Below, in pieces: positions 25,850 through 39,500 of a DNA stretch of 64,000 nucleotides. Positions within the stretch are counted from its first letter, which is position 1. The number at the start of each line of letters is the position of its first letter. Made by a program: the position numbers and the translations under genes. This DNA comes from Phoronis australis (Eukaryota; Animalia; Phoronida), in NCBI GenBank assembly GCA_002633005.1, contig NMRA01000021.1, positions 778,706 to 842,705 of the forward strand. Reading direction: 5' to 3'. A model generated the notes under the pieces. The model searched no databases. It saw only the letters and a program-made list of their open reading frames with translations, and was not told the origin of the DNA.

Positions 25850-25995
25850 ACTGGCTTTGTCGCAAATTGTTCTTCGCAGTGGCAAATGTATGGTACACGA
25901 TGTCCTTGTTCATCCGTTGGCGATTCTAAAGATTTGCCCCTTTCTCGCAAGGCATTAGTATGTCCAACCGCACAGCAGTGGAAATTTGGCGGCAT
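25850..25995 (-). pseudogene. Possible THAP N-terminal relic
   Basis: MPPNFHCCAVGHTN resembles THAP starts (CCAxGCxN); the remainder is degenerate. Confidence 0.3.
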
Positions 25996-26643
25996 TAGGA
26001 AAGTTGTTTATACCAGTAAGTTGAAATTTCCCGTCCGCATCACATGGGACCTGTAGGCGGCACTGAACGGCTGTCCACCAAAAACCTGATCGCCATTTGG
26101 CGGGATAGGGAATTTCAATATTTCGAAATTTAGCGATAAATCACTTAAACCGTTATAAAACTGGGCACGATGTGTAATCTTGTACTCTTCTTACGTGCGC
26201 ATTCAGGATATGTGCTCATTATGCAGGGCTTGAGTATGTTGTAAATTTAAGTAGATGACTGTCTAATAATAGCTTAGACTCGGTGGTCTGAACACGAAGT
26301 ATCGATTTTTACGCGAGTTTCTATTTCGAATCTACATGTAGGAGTTGTCAGACCAGACACTCATTTGCTTAGTCCATGAAACCTGTCGAAGGCACTTAAA
26401 TATAATGGAAAGTAACATGTTAAATGGTATTTTTAACTTCGGCTTTAATTCAAAGGCGGAATTAGGCTACATATGAAGAACCAAGTGTGGGCTTTTTCGT
26501 TATCATGAAATAAGTACCACAGACAGATCTCCGCAAGAAACTACTGTGATCACGTGCTTCCCTTGTAAATCATGCCGATACCGCGCGACGTCTTGCGTAA
26601 TCTTGCGTTTTCTCGAGGTTCTCGCGTCAGCGGAGGCACGCAA

Positions 26644-26788
26644 GGCGTGCGTTCAGTAACGCTAGGACCTACAGTAGCTAAAATCTAACCGAATTCACGT
26701 GTTCTCATTTAAATTACACGACAATATCTCACGTAGTCTCGCGAAGTCTTGCTTTTTATCGAGGTCTTAACGTTACTGAACAGGAGGC
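26644..26788. mobile_element. About 145-bp MITE with GTTCAGTAACGCTAGGACC inverted ends (relatives at about 25346-25450, 56572-56723 and 56789-56923)
   Basis: Shared CGTTCAGTAACGCTAGGACC / GGTCCTAGCGTTACTGAAC termini and shared internal sequence (GCAAGACTTCGCGAGA in three copies). Confidence 0.7.
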
Positions 26789-27948
26789 AGGTTTGCATGA
26801 TCATCAGCGTCCCGAACAACGTGATTACGGCGTTTTCAAACATGGCTCAGGGCCCTCTGGCTCTGAACTCTCAATTTCGTGCAAAAAGCACAATGCGTGT
26901 GGAGTGGCANACTACATTGAGATTTAAGTCTCCCGAAAAAAGTTGACGATCGGATAGTGTTTAAAAGTCTAATTCTAAATTTCTCCAGTTAGTGCACAAA
27001 TGAAGTAAAAGAAAGTAGTTCTGCTTGTCGCGTCAGCTGTTGGTATCATTATCTCGATTTATTACCCACAACGCGTGACTGGACAAAGCCTTTTCAAATT
27101 AGCCGGTGGAGCGTGAGACCCCTGAGGTCCCAATCGATTCCTCACGACAACTCCGCGTTATGCCCCGGAACTGCCAAATGGAATCTGGAACAATTTTAGG
27201 GGGAGGGGCATGGCCTACCTGACCCCCTGAATCCGCAACTGGATGGTGCAAATGACGACACTCTACACTATCGGTGATTGATCTCGGTGAACCAGATTTG
27301 TGCTTCATGAAAAACTACCAGCGTGGGACCCATTTCATAAAAGTGGCCTTAGACTAAGACAAAACCTTGGTCTTGCGATTCCACTTCGAAATTGCTAAAT
27401 AAAGGTTTAGACTCGAAATTACGAGAGCATCAATGTCTAAAAATAATCTATTGACATTGTCTCAGTAACTAGCAGTCATGCGTATACTCTCAGAGACTTT
27501 GCACTTTTGGTCAAGTGAGAATTACTTATTTATCAGAAGTAGTTGGTTGGAGCATAAGACCAAATTTATGTCTTAGGCTTAAGTCACTTTTCATGGAACA
27601 AACCCCAGGGAGACAATTTTCAATAACAAAAAGATATAACAAATAACAATAAAATATGTGATCTGAAGTATTATTGACAAAAGGTACCGTAGAAGATTAA
27701 TCAGTTTTATTTGTCTAAGCGTCTTGCTGAATGAGTCGTGAGTCTCGCTCTTACTTTGGGTGCGTAAGTCATTTTTGTGAGACAGAGCACGAGTTCACAG
27801 GCGCGTGAGCCGTGTTAAAGAGCAAAGAGCAACATGCATACCGTAATGCTGTAAGATTCACAGTCGCACCAGGTTGTTGCCGACGTTTTAAAGCATAGGA
27901 AAAATGTCCATTTATGTGTCGCCACAAATGTGGAGGTCTACCAATAGA

Positions 27949-28101
27949 TTATTACATGGCGAAGTCGTTATCTCCCGTTATCTAGAGCCCGAGTGGATTT
28001 TGTAGAATTATCACACTCGGGGATAACGCCCCTCGGCGATAATTCTCCAAAATCCACTCGGGCTCTAGATAACGGGGGATAATGACTTCGCCATGTAATA
28101 A
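27949..28101. repeat. Near-perfect palindromic (fold-back) element with about 65-bp arms
   Basis: TTATTACATGGCGAAGTC..TATCTAGAGCCCGAGTGGATTTTG.AGAATTATC is mirrored by GATAATTCT.CAAAATCCACTCGGGCTCTAGATA..GACTTCGCCATGTAATAA. Confidence 0.9.
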
Positions 28102-28821
28102 CATATATTTATCTTATTAAGAAACATCTGCAACAGTGTGCAGAAGGCTGCAACTGCAACACTTATACATTATATGGAGTAGACGTAACTCGATCAGACT
28201 AGAAGTGGCAGTTTCTCGGATTGGAAAGAACTGGCAATTCGCTATTGCTGCGACGCAAATAGCACGTGACAAGTCAACTCATTGGGGCTTGTCGCAAGCA
28301 ATAAGCAGCTGTCAGGTTTTCCAAGACCAGGAATCAAAACCTGACTTGAGTACCGAACACGATGAGACGAATGTGGTAGGCTAAGCGTTAACTCGAACTT
28401 TACGTTAATTGACCAAAAGAAAGTTCATAGCAACTTTGCGTGCTACTTTGACAGTGAAGCCTTCTTCCGTTCATTCTGTCCCTAATCAGTTGCGTGATCC
28501 AGCAGTCTTTGCGGTCACCGAGTGATCAAATAGAAGATTTTTTTTCTTAACGTCAAATGACAATGTGAAAGATTTTCAATTGATTGCCGGGATATGCTCT
28601 TCGATTTTAGCGAAAAGGGGCAACAATGTTTTGTAGTGATGCGACAAAAGACATGAATAAAGAAACTGCACCATCAGTAAACAAAACCACGTTGCGCAGT
28701 CATCAAACACTGAAAGCTCAACCGGAAAAGATCCGGGAAATACACTCGAACGAATAACACTAACTATGCAAAAGCGCAGATCTCCGTCTCAAAATAAACG
28801 ACATGTTTGACAATCAGTTAC

Positions 28822-29024
28822 CTGGGTTCTGTGCGATTACACGGGTCACCCTCCTCGCCAGCACACGCTTGACAGCAAGAACACAAGGGCATCATAACGA
28901 CCTGACACCCTGGTCTCAACGTAGGACAGTTTCTGGTGCGATCTGGAGTACAGGGCTCGCACGACAGGGCGTCAATTACTGGCAACGTCCCAGCAGCCAA
29001 AAGCAAAATTACACAGAACTGCAT
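28822..29024 (-). CDS. Exon 1 of secreted IGFBP N-terminal-domain protein, paralog B
   Basis: MQFCVILLLAAGTLPVIDA-LSCEPCTPDRTRNCPTLRPGCQVVMMPLCSCCQACAGEEGDPCNRTEP(R). Phase-2 donor AG|GTAACT at the same position as in paralog A. Confidence 0.88.
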
Positions 29025-29116
29025 TACGTCAGTCGGCGTGAAGATGTGCCGGGATATCAAAACGTTGCGCCTTGTAGACAGTCTTGGCTTTGATGTAGTT
29101 AATTGGCATTATGGCG

Positions 29117-29123
29117 TTATATA
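29117..29123 (-). promoter_or_regulatory. TATA box of IGFBP-like paralog B
   Basis: TATATAA 99 nt upstream of the ATG. An upstream block TTGTAATT....G.AATAGCC.TA is also shared with paralog A. Confidence 0.65.
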
Positions 29124-32099
29124 GAGTGTTTAAATTAGATAATAGAGTGACGATAATATCGGAGTAGATTTTTATTTGTAATTACCAGCAATAGCCGTAT
29201 CCGTTTGCTATTAATGGTTTCTTAATTGACGATTTATTTAAACAACCATACATGTGCAGTAGTTATTACGGTTTATAAAGCCAACAACGGAAAAAATGAC
29301 TTCGTTTGTAACGATAAGAAGCAGACTATCGGGAAATGTTATTGCAGCAAATGCCTGTTGTAGTCAATCGCAGGTGATAGAACTCTCGCTGTGGAATGCC
29401 AAATTCGACCTCACGCTGCTGAGGGTGCGCCGCGCATGCGTTGTATTCATTTGCATTCATTTGTTCCGGTGTTGGTTCTTGCTATGGAATTTACTGTCTC
29501 TAAAACTTTTTGCACCTCCGCCGTTTTTCAACCGAATTACATAAGAGTCCATCATTAGAAAGCCCTTTATCAGTTCTTGACAATGATTATACCAGAAGCA
29601 AACGATAGTAATTATTATGGTTAATTTTTTAATTCCAAAAACTAAGAACGCTCCCAAGATACGAAAAACATAAAATGATGTAGTAGTAGTAGCATAATAA
29701 AGAAAATGAACCAGATAGGTTAACTAAATGACAGGTTAGACCAGCTAGGAAAAAATTTCAATAATTCAAAAATTCTACTCTATGAAGACAAAGATGTTAG
29801 AATATGGATCCCTCACAGTTGCTGTGAATAATTTAGACAGGCATTCATCCAAAATTGTGCATCTTTTATTTAATGAACCTTGGGTGCTGTACATTACAAT
29901 TAAACTCTGCAGTAAAAATACAGGATGTAGTGATTTGTTTGTAATTTGCAAAAATGTGATCGACTAATTACTCCAACTATCTTTCTATCTGAAATTATCG
30001 GATAAAGATTTTCTAGTAAACTAAGAAGTGGGCAATCATCTACCACGTAGCTTTTAAATGTACCTTGGGTAGCTTATTTTCCATAGAAGTTTAGGAATAA
30101 ACTCGTTTCTCCAGGAAGTAAAAATTAGTTATCCTGATTCACGCAGTGTTTGTTACCGTAAACATTGCAACATGGATTTTACGACTGTTATGCTACTAAA
30201 GAGAGTGGACTCCAGAAAATAACAATATTCATGACAAAGAGACACCATTGTTTTGACACCAGTTGCACAGTTAACACGGTCATCATTCGAGAATGAACAA
30301 ATATGACAAATGAATTGAAAAGCAGAGGTCAAATGCCACTTCTTTCCCTAAAATACTGTAACACAATTTCAACAGACAAAATGTCTTGTTGAAAAGCTCC
30401 TGGTATGTAGTTTGATAGACTGTCGAAAGTGGCTTCAAGACTGGATCTGAAAAGATATCAGCGGCCAGACTATTCCCGGCATCCAGCCAGAGCCAAAGGT
30501 CGGTGTGTATAAAGAATATCAGTTTAATTGTTGGCTTTGTCGACTAATTTTGTTGAGGAATCGCTGGTTTTATGGAACCTTACCGACTACCTCAAGAGCC
30601 TAGCTTGATGAACAAAATTGACAAAATGAAAATGCAGTAATGAAATTAGGCTTAATTTTATTACTACAATACTCAGTCGAGCATACAGCCGGAAATTCAA
30701 GGCGCAGCTCTCGTGGCTAGTCTCGGGGACACAAACTCTAATAACAATACAGGTAGGTCGCGAGCGGGAGTTGGCAGCTTAGTTCTATACTAGGAGGTAA
30801 TGGTTTCTAGCGCTTTTTGAACTTAATTCTAATTATTGTACATTCTATTTATCGTTATTCTAATAATGTTAAAACATTCATGAAAACGGATTATTTCCAA
30901 TTTTAATTCACTTTCAACTTCATGGAATGATTCGTTGGCTGTGAATCTAACACTCCCTCATGCTGTATTTCATGTAGCTGTCCCCCGACTCATATTACAA
31001 ACATAAAACACCGAGAGTACAGAACATCTAAGCTAAAATCAATCTATTTCAATGACTTCATCCTGACGTTTCTCAGTATTATTCGTATATTAAACAATTT
31101 CTCTTAAGGATTACAGAGCAATGTTTTAGAGAACTGGATGGGAAAGTCGGTTCAATATCTGTTGAAAAGGCAAAACCGTGTTTGGTATCCCTTTAACTAA
31201 AGAATGCGCCTGTCATGGAAATTTTGCGAGGTATGGTCCGCTGTGTGAATTATTTTCTTGACATCTATTTGTATGAATGTCAAATGTCAGAAATCTGCAG
31301 TTTTTTTCAGTCTCGGTTGTCAAGGTCACTCTTGCTGGAATTCGCGTACAAATGAAGTGGCACCGTCTACAAATTTTGTACTCAAACAACTCCAAAATCA
31401 TACGCAAATTGTCAATCAAAAATCGCTCGACATTTAGAAACCATCAGCACTTATTTTTCTCAGTCATCTCACATTGCCCACCATAGCATACATTAAGATA
31501 AAGATGGCCTGGACATTTGGTAGTTTAGTTAATATCTAACAATATCTAATACTCTTTAAGTAGATGTACTATAATTGCCACTCTACCAAGGTATCCTCTC
31601 ACTGCAGTTTTTGAGACATGCTGCCCAAGACGTTATGAAAGTTGACAACAAAATTAATTGTGCACAATGTCCTTTGCAGGACAAAATCATCTAATCTGAA
31701 ACCCGTAATAGTTTGCTCAAACATCTTACTACATTTTCACAAGAAGACTGCGTAGTACTTTTGAGGACAAAATATGCTTTGTTAATGTTTTCTTCGCCTT
31801 AATCAATACACGTTCAGGAGAAAACTCATCACCTTGTAAATAATTTTACTTCGAAGTCGTTATTTTCATTTTTTATAATTTCTCAAATATCCCTCTTTTC
31901 ACATGAAGCTTCCATTAATTGCAATATTTTGATAATTAGTCTCCGCATAGCAATGAGCCGTCTCTGCAACTAGAACCAGGCCATCTGCAGACAGCAGTAA
32001 ATATCACTTTAAGTAACCAGTACTTACACTCCAAGCCTTTATATTTTGTGAATCTCTTTCCAAGTGATTACCAAACAAGGATAAGAGAAAGGGAGACAA

Positions 32100-32620
32100 T
32101 TGCTGTCTTGCTCGTACACCCATCGCACACTGGAAAAATCGAGATACCTAACCATCTCCCGGAATACCGCGAGACGAAGATTCGGAAATATTCATGTAAA
32201 AAACGTTTTTGTACTGTGTGTAATGACGAAATTGAAGATGGAATTCATTTCATGTTCAACTGTCCCTTTTAGAAAAACCTGAGAAAAACACGTTTTCAGG
32301 CAATAGTTCGAAACGGTTATAGAGATTTTGGAAACAAAAGATATTTTTTGGGGGGAAATGACAACAGAGACGGATAAAGGCATTGTAAATGCTACAAAGC
32401 TTTATCTTCGTCTGAAGCTTCGTATCAAATGAGTTATCACTGGTTGAATTATTAATAATGATCATAATAATAATTACAACAACAACAACAAAAACAACAA
32501 CACCAACAACAATAAAAATAACTATAATGATGGTGATGATGAAGATTATAATGATATTCTTCTTATTATTATTATCATTATTATCATCACCATCATCATT
32601 ATTATTATTGATGTCATTTA
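32100..32620 (+). mobile_element. LINE 3'-end fragment with a mixed trinucleotide (AAT/AAC/ATG/ATC) tract
   Basis: HTGKIE...RFCTVCNDEIEDGIHFMFNCPF is a LINE ORF2 C-terminal Zn-knuckle. The simple repeat spans about 32450-32615. Confidence 0.65.
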
Positions 32621-34545
32621 TTGTTCTTTTTGGATTTGAAGTGACTTCTAAGACCATGAGTGTGCTGGGTGTATTTGCAGAGATCAATGTCCCTGATGCG
32701 CCAAGGAATGGAAGGTATACATTTTCTCAAATTTCTTTAACTAGAGTTGCTCTTTATGTAAAACATTTCCATGTTTGCATATTAATGAGCATCATTGCGT
32801 AAACTAATTCACAGCAAATATGGTACGAAAAGCATCACATTCCTTACATGCTAGTATTGCTTCTGTGACAATCTGTCATACATTGACTTTTTCATTCCCA
32901 AGTAAACAGGTAACTCCTGAAAAAAAAACAAATGAAAGGAGTGCTGCTGCCGATTGGAAAACCGAAATGTAATTTTCAGCGCAGATAAATATACGATGTG
33001 ATGGCTTATAACAAAATGTTATCTATACAAGTCGTGAGTTTGCATTTTATCCTAATTAGTTTTTTAATCCGCATACTAATCAGCATTTTTTCATGTCAGT
33101 AAAACTGCATTTTTTGAACGGCAAAAATCAGACTTTGAAAACTGGTGACAAAGTTTGACATTCATGGTCATAAAAACTCATGTAAGGTTAGTCAGAAAAT
33201 GAAATTTGCAACTCATAAGTACACTTAAATTTTCAGCAGGGGAGAAAACTACGAGACCACGTTTCAGGCCAGTCACAAGTGGCAAGATGTGGCGTAACCT
33301 GCCTGCTATATCAGAATATATTTCAAGTTGATATTCTCAGTGTAGACACTTCTAACATTGAACTTTGATAATTGTTTTTTAAAAAACTTGTCTCTTATAT
33401 ATTTAGTGCTAAACGTGGCCCTCGAATTTGTGGATTTTTGTGATGTAGCCTTACTCTGACTGACAAGAGAATTGAGGCTACTCTTTTAGTTCAGAGATAT
33501 CACCTAAAATATATGATCTAATATCAACAATGCAATATCACAAAAATTTAAATTTCACTTTTGAGAACCCAATTTTCTAAACCACTCCGTGCTTTGTTAA
33601 ACTTTACCAATAGCACTTTAGGGTTCGAGATTACATGCACTTCCTGTCACTGCAACGAATATGGAGCAATTTCCTTCTTGTACATTTGGTCAATTTTCGT
33701 TACATAAGTGTGATCGCGGAGGAAATGTGACATTCATTAGCTGCGTTAAAGACGTCAGAAGTCATCTGAGGTCGTACAAAGTGCCAGAAAATTTGAAAGT
33801 ATATCGGAATTACAGTTGATTCTTGCCAGAGCTGGAGAGAGGATGCTGGACTGGCAACACACAGCATATTGTCAGAGGGATAAACCAGGACCAAGCAATA
33901 GTGGATCTGATGTCATCTCTCACCCACACCAAGTTTTGGTTGTAATGGATTTTGCAATGAAGTTCATACCCATCAGTTTCTGTGAAACATAGTCCGACTG
34001 GTTTGGAAAAAGGGGATCTCATGGCACGTGGCGGTTTGTATCACAAAGAAAGATGAAAGCCATCAGGAAAAAATAAGTCCTCAATTAGTATTCAAAGTGT
34101 TACAAAGTAATACTCATATGTGCCCCATATTAAACAGAAAACCAGTGATGAACAATATTGTTGCCTTTACCTCTTTCTAGTGTATTGATTTACTGTAACA
34201 GTACAAGATACAGGGAGTGTGCACTTAATATCTAGTCTTTTTCTTGCCATTTCCTAACAAAAGTTTGACTGTGATGCATTCTTTGTCTCTTAGTAGATTT
34301 TGCACACAAACCTTTATTTAAACTGAAGCCTTTTTGTACTTATGGATAATTTTCATATCTTTGTGAAAGGGAAATTTCACCCTCTCTAGAAATGTTTTGA
34401 AGGAGCTACTGATATAACAAGCGTCTTGAGACGAACCATGTTTGAGGTTGAGTGGTGTGATTGCGGTTTAGTTGGTAATAAGATGTAATAAGGTAGTTCT
34501 TTAAACTACCTGACCTATTTAAGTTTCATAAATGTTGTATTTCAG

Positions 34546-36540
34546 GTACATATTTACGTCCATACTCTAGATGCCTGCAAGCAAGACTGGTTCACTACTT
34601 GCTGTTTAACACTAGATGTGCTAAAGCTGGTGAAAGCTAGGGATCCACAAATAATCGAAGCTTTCCTACGCTCCGACAATGCCAATTGTTGCCATTCAGC
34701 CGCCCTTCTGATTCATTTGTTCTACATGTCTGGTAACACTGGCATCTCCATTCTGCGCCACGACTTCAGTAAAAGTCAGAAAGGAAAAGACATCTGTGAC
34801 AGGAAAATCACACCCTTGAAGTCCCATGCCAAGTACTTCGTCAATGAAGGCAACAACGTTCAAAGTGCAGTCAACCTGAAACATGCGCTAGAGTCTAGAG
34901 GAGGTGTCTAAGGCTGCTATATGTTGGCCTGTATTGTGGATGCCCAAAGGTCCTTCCCAAGCACAGTATCCCAGAGAAAAGTTTGCTGACAAACTTTGAG
35001 TATTCCGCCGATGCATTCGAGCATGGAAGGCCTATAGAGTAGGGGAAGGAAAACTTGTCATCAACAAGTCAGGTAAACTGTTGCCTTTGAAAAGTTTTGA
35101 CCTTGCAACACTTGAGTGTTTTTTAACAACAAGGGTTGAGTCGGGGCTTGTATCCCGTGAACGTCGTACGAAGTTCACATGCACACACCATGGGTGCTCG
35201 AAATCTTTTTCTACAGATGATGAGCTAAATGAGCACTTGGATGTTAGTGCTCATTCATCAACACTCCAGAACGAAACGTTGAATTGAACATGAACTTTTT
35301 TATTTGTGCGACAATCGTCCGATTTTTGTTCAGTTCGACCACGTTTCAAGACAATGGTTTGAGATGTTATCTAATACCACAGCTGTGTCATCAGTGAGTT
35401 GTCTGCCGTTTACGTTGTTGATCAAGTCGCCGCGGGAGAGAATGGATGGGCCCTGAAAAGTACTAGAAAAGTGGTCCACTTCTCTGAGAAGGTAAAGACT
35501 TAGCTCAGTGATATGTTTTCTGAAGGTGAACAGTCAGGCAGAATGCAACAGCCAGCTGAGGTGTTAAAAATGATGCGAAAAGACAGGAATAAGCAGGGAA
35601 AAGTTTTGTCCTCTGAAGAGTGGCTGCCGGAGCAGCAGATTGCTGAATTTTTCTCCCGTATAGTTGGCGCGTCTCGAATCGGAAATATTCAGAATATTGA
35701 AGGTGCTGATGCTAATGCTGCCCACGAATTTACCTCAAAGAATTAGTTGGAGCTTGAAGTCATGAATGAGTTATTATCATAAACTGTAGGAAATTATGAA
35801 CATGTTTTAGTTGTTGTCAATTCTTATGATATTGTTGTGGTCATCATTATCGTACACATGTAGCTAGGGGACTGCCGTTTGGGGAAAATAATCCTAGCCA
35901 CTGATGGTCAAGATTGAAATCTTCTGTTACTTTTTACTAGCGCTTTTGTTTTATGTTCAGTTTGAGACTCGTAAAGCATACTTTTTACATGATTGATTCT
36001 ATTGAAACACCTGAGACTTTTAAAAGAGTGATTATTTAGTTTTGAGAAATGTCTATCTTAGACATGTGTACTGAGCAAAATAAAAGGACTCTGTGTTTCA
36101 GTAGCTTTTGTTTTCTTCAAACAAAATGCAGTTTTTTGAAATATTTGGGAGAGTGATAAAAATGTGTAAAATGGCCTTAATGGCAGTGAAATTGATATTT
36201 TTTTGTGGGATAAACTGAGAGGACATAAAAAATCAATAAATCCATCCGAACTAATTTTCTTATATGTTATTCTTTCTTCTTTCTGCTATATAGTTATTTT
36301 TCCAATAGGGTGAAGCGATGATGTGCTGTTGCTGACAAAAAGTCATCTATTTTCCAAATCTATTATTTACCATTTTTCAGAAAAATACAAAGTGGTCGTA
36401 AAAAAGTTTTAAAAAACTCAGAAACTCTTAAAAAATCAGGCTCAGGTTTCTTTTGACAAGGCCAGCTGATGTTCTAAGTTTCAAAAAATTGGTGATTTTG
36501 CATATATAGCCCATCATCTGGTTTTTATATGGAATTGCTC
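34546..36540 (+). mobile_element. Degenerate Sola3-type DNA transposon: transposase exon, C2H2 finger, C-terminal domain and right terminus
   Basis: After acceptor TTTCAG: KQDWF..FLRSDNANCCH..HDFSKSQKGKDICDRK..YFVNEGNNV..ALESRGGV; FTCTHHGCSKSF..LNEHLDVSAH; GWALK..FSEGEQSG..P..MR..EEWL..QIAEFFSR. Ends GGAATTGCTC|TTAA (GAG...CTC ends at TTAA are typical of Sola3). Left end not resolved. Confidence 0.75.
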
Positions 36541-39500
36541 TTAAAACCACCATTTACTTCGTTTTCATAAGTGACTTCACTGTCATTAAATCTTCTATAA
36601 CATTGCATATCACAGCCGTGACTTTAATATCCCCACTACGCCAAAATGGAAGGAAAGGCGACTTTAATTGAAAGTTTCTTAGCCCTACGGACATGGGTGT
36701 GACGTATGAACGTGCCCAGCACCAATGTGTTGTGTCCACCATCACAAGTTTCTAGTACAAACTTGAGCCACATTCGCGCTAATTCCATGATGTCCATCAA
36801 AAATGAAAAGAGCCACAACGTGTCACAAGCAGCACTAACGCAACAACTCGTAACAGCTAATCAACATATCGTCAGATAGTGTTTGTAACGTTCTATTTTG
36901 ACAGGTGATCGACAGGTGGCGTTGTTGTTTTAGTGTTTGGATATGAAATAAGTCAGTTTAGGCGCTTTAAGACTATGTTTGAGAACATGCACATAACTGC
37001 TAGTTACTAACATACCGTAAACTCGCGAGTTAACGACCCGAGCCCTTAAATTGGAAACCTTGAGATAAGTGGTGGCGATTACCCGGTCATAAGCGTTAAA
37101 CCGCGAGTTGACGCTAATTTGTAAAAAATATCTGTAGGCGGTAATGCGTTCATAATTACTTGTCTAAGCCTTCAGAAATTGTGAAGTGGGATAGTAAGAC
37201 CGAATTTCAGTGTTAAATTACTTTCCATGAAAGAGACCCCTGATTTTCTCTTTGTTAGTACACTACCAGGGGTTCTGAGGCTGTCGGTTATAGCCAAAAA
37301 AGTTCAAATGGGCGTGTCGTGTTCGAATAAAACAAGACAAACAGGAGATGAATAACTGTTACATCATTTTCCAAAGAAACTAAGTGTCCTTAATTATTAA
37401 TTACCAAACGTCCTTAAGCACTCGCGCTTTGTCTCATAACACGAAGCTCTAAACTTAGATAAATCATTTTTGGAATTTGGGTTTCTTGTGGTTTGAATAC
37501 TCTCGTACAAGTGGACAAAACCACGAAATACCATCTCAAAAATTTATTATGTTCGTTTCCGACTATTCGCACATTCTGTGGTGGTAAACTCGGAAAGTAA
37601 AAGACATTCTATCAATGACAATGTCAGTGCTTGCATAAGTGTCGCGGACACTCCCGGGTCAATTTATGTATGAAATATACTTTGCTATGGCTTGCTGTTT
37701 ACAAAACTAATTTCCATTTATTAGAGACAAACTCCTCATTTTCAGTTCTGCACTATTTGAGTAACAAATGACGTATATTATCTAATTAACTTCTTCATTT
37801 TTGTGATGGTAATCAGTCATAGATAAACTTATGTGTACACTGCAAATTGCACTGTAATTAGTTCAACTTGATGATTGGTAAAGGACACGCAACACTGATG
37901 TACGGCTGTTCTTGATTTAGTCCTCTGGTTCAATCTGCTAAGACATCTGATGCATTCCTGATGGTATCTTCCGCGGTACAAACTAATCACACGCCTTAGC
38001 CTGTTGACCGGCGGAGAAAATCAGTACAGCTTGTGCTTTATTTCACTTTGGTTGTAGTAAAACGTTGATTGAAGTTGAGATGTCTTACAACCTCTGTTGT
38101 GGCGATTTTTACTGCACATCTTTTCAAAGATTATTGTTTTATGTTTTGTATATATTAGATTTCATTCTTGTACTTTATGTCACTATCCTGTCACAGTAAA
38201 TGGTCTTTATTTCACCCCGGCGCTTTTTGTCTCTCAAAGTAGCCTGAGATACCAATTTTTATTGTCGAACATATATTGTACATCACTCGTTAAATATAGC
38301 GTAATTTAAGCCGCTCGTCATTATCTTACATCGCACTTGTCCAGCCTTCGTAGCGGTCTTCCATTTCCTTTTGAGCGGGGCGTAGATGTGTTCTCCCTGA
38401 ATTCATGTAACTCTAGTGCAGTCAAGTACCACGAATTTATATAATTCGTTGCTCATATACTTGGTCGTTGACTGTCACAGGACCGTAAGAATTCCTTTGT
38501 TTTGTAAACAACACGTTTTAGGTCCATTTCTTTGTGTCAACAACGAAGACGTACGAGTACAACCCTTCTTCAAATTTACCCACCAACTACCTCTCCAACC
38601 TATACAGTGTAGTGGCGTAATTTCTCGTTCTTATAGGTTACGCTCTTTGTTGCCTACTTCCCAGAGGTTGTTATATATTAATACTTTGTACCACTGTGTC
38701 ATCATAATAAATTACGTCTATTACGCCATCTCACAATTTATTGCTGTAACCCATATCTTGCTCAGCCCTCTTATATGGTCGGGACATATGTCGAACATAA
38801 AAACTAATATTACCACTTTGTGTTGTGCAAATGTGGGTAAATAAATTGAAGTGCAATGAATTAATCACATTTTGCGTCATTACTGTGTTACTTTTATATC
38901 AAGACTAAACAAAAGCATAGCATGTTTCCAGTAAATCGCCGTGAGCACTACACGTACATCAAGCATAAATTACTTAAAGATATTTTCACAAATGAATTTA
39001 TTTTCATTTCAGGCAAACAGGTTCACTGTTATTATTGAAAGGCGAGATTCAACGAACATGTTAACCACGACGTGAAGGTACACCCTACAAGTGTTTTGAA
39101 ATACAGGCATCTACTTTTAGACGAAACCATTGGAAACAAGGGGTTCTAAACTAAGACTCACCCAGGAGTTATTCCATGTTACGTGTCAGCAAAGGATAAA
39201 CAAATTGTTGCAGCAGATGAAAGGGAGAGTCGAGTCTTCTTGCAAAATTGTAACAACAAAAGGAAGAAAACAAATAGCCAGTGAAGGCAAAGAAAGGTGA
39301 TGAGCTTGCCAATGGGGAAGGAGAGGAGTGCGACAACACCATTCATAAGATGATTAAAAAATCCCCGCTCATGAACGTCTGGAATTTAAAAAAATGCCAG
39401 AAGTTGTGTAAACTGTTGTGCTGAAAAAACATGTAGGATTTTACTTGATGTTTTACTGATAACATCGATACAGAGATAAACAGATTGACTTATGGCACCC

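Noticed and set aside
32256-32802. 143-aa and 114-aa hydrophobic, low-complexity ORFs
   Set aside because: Translations of a trinucleotide microsatellite.
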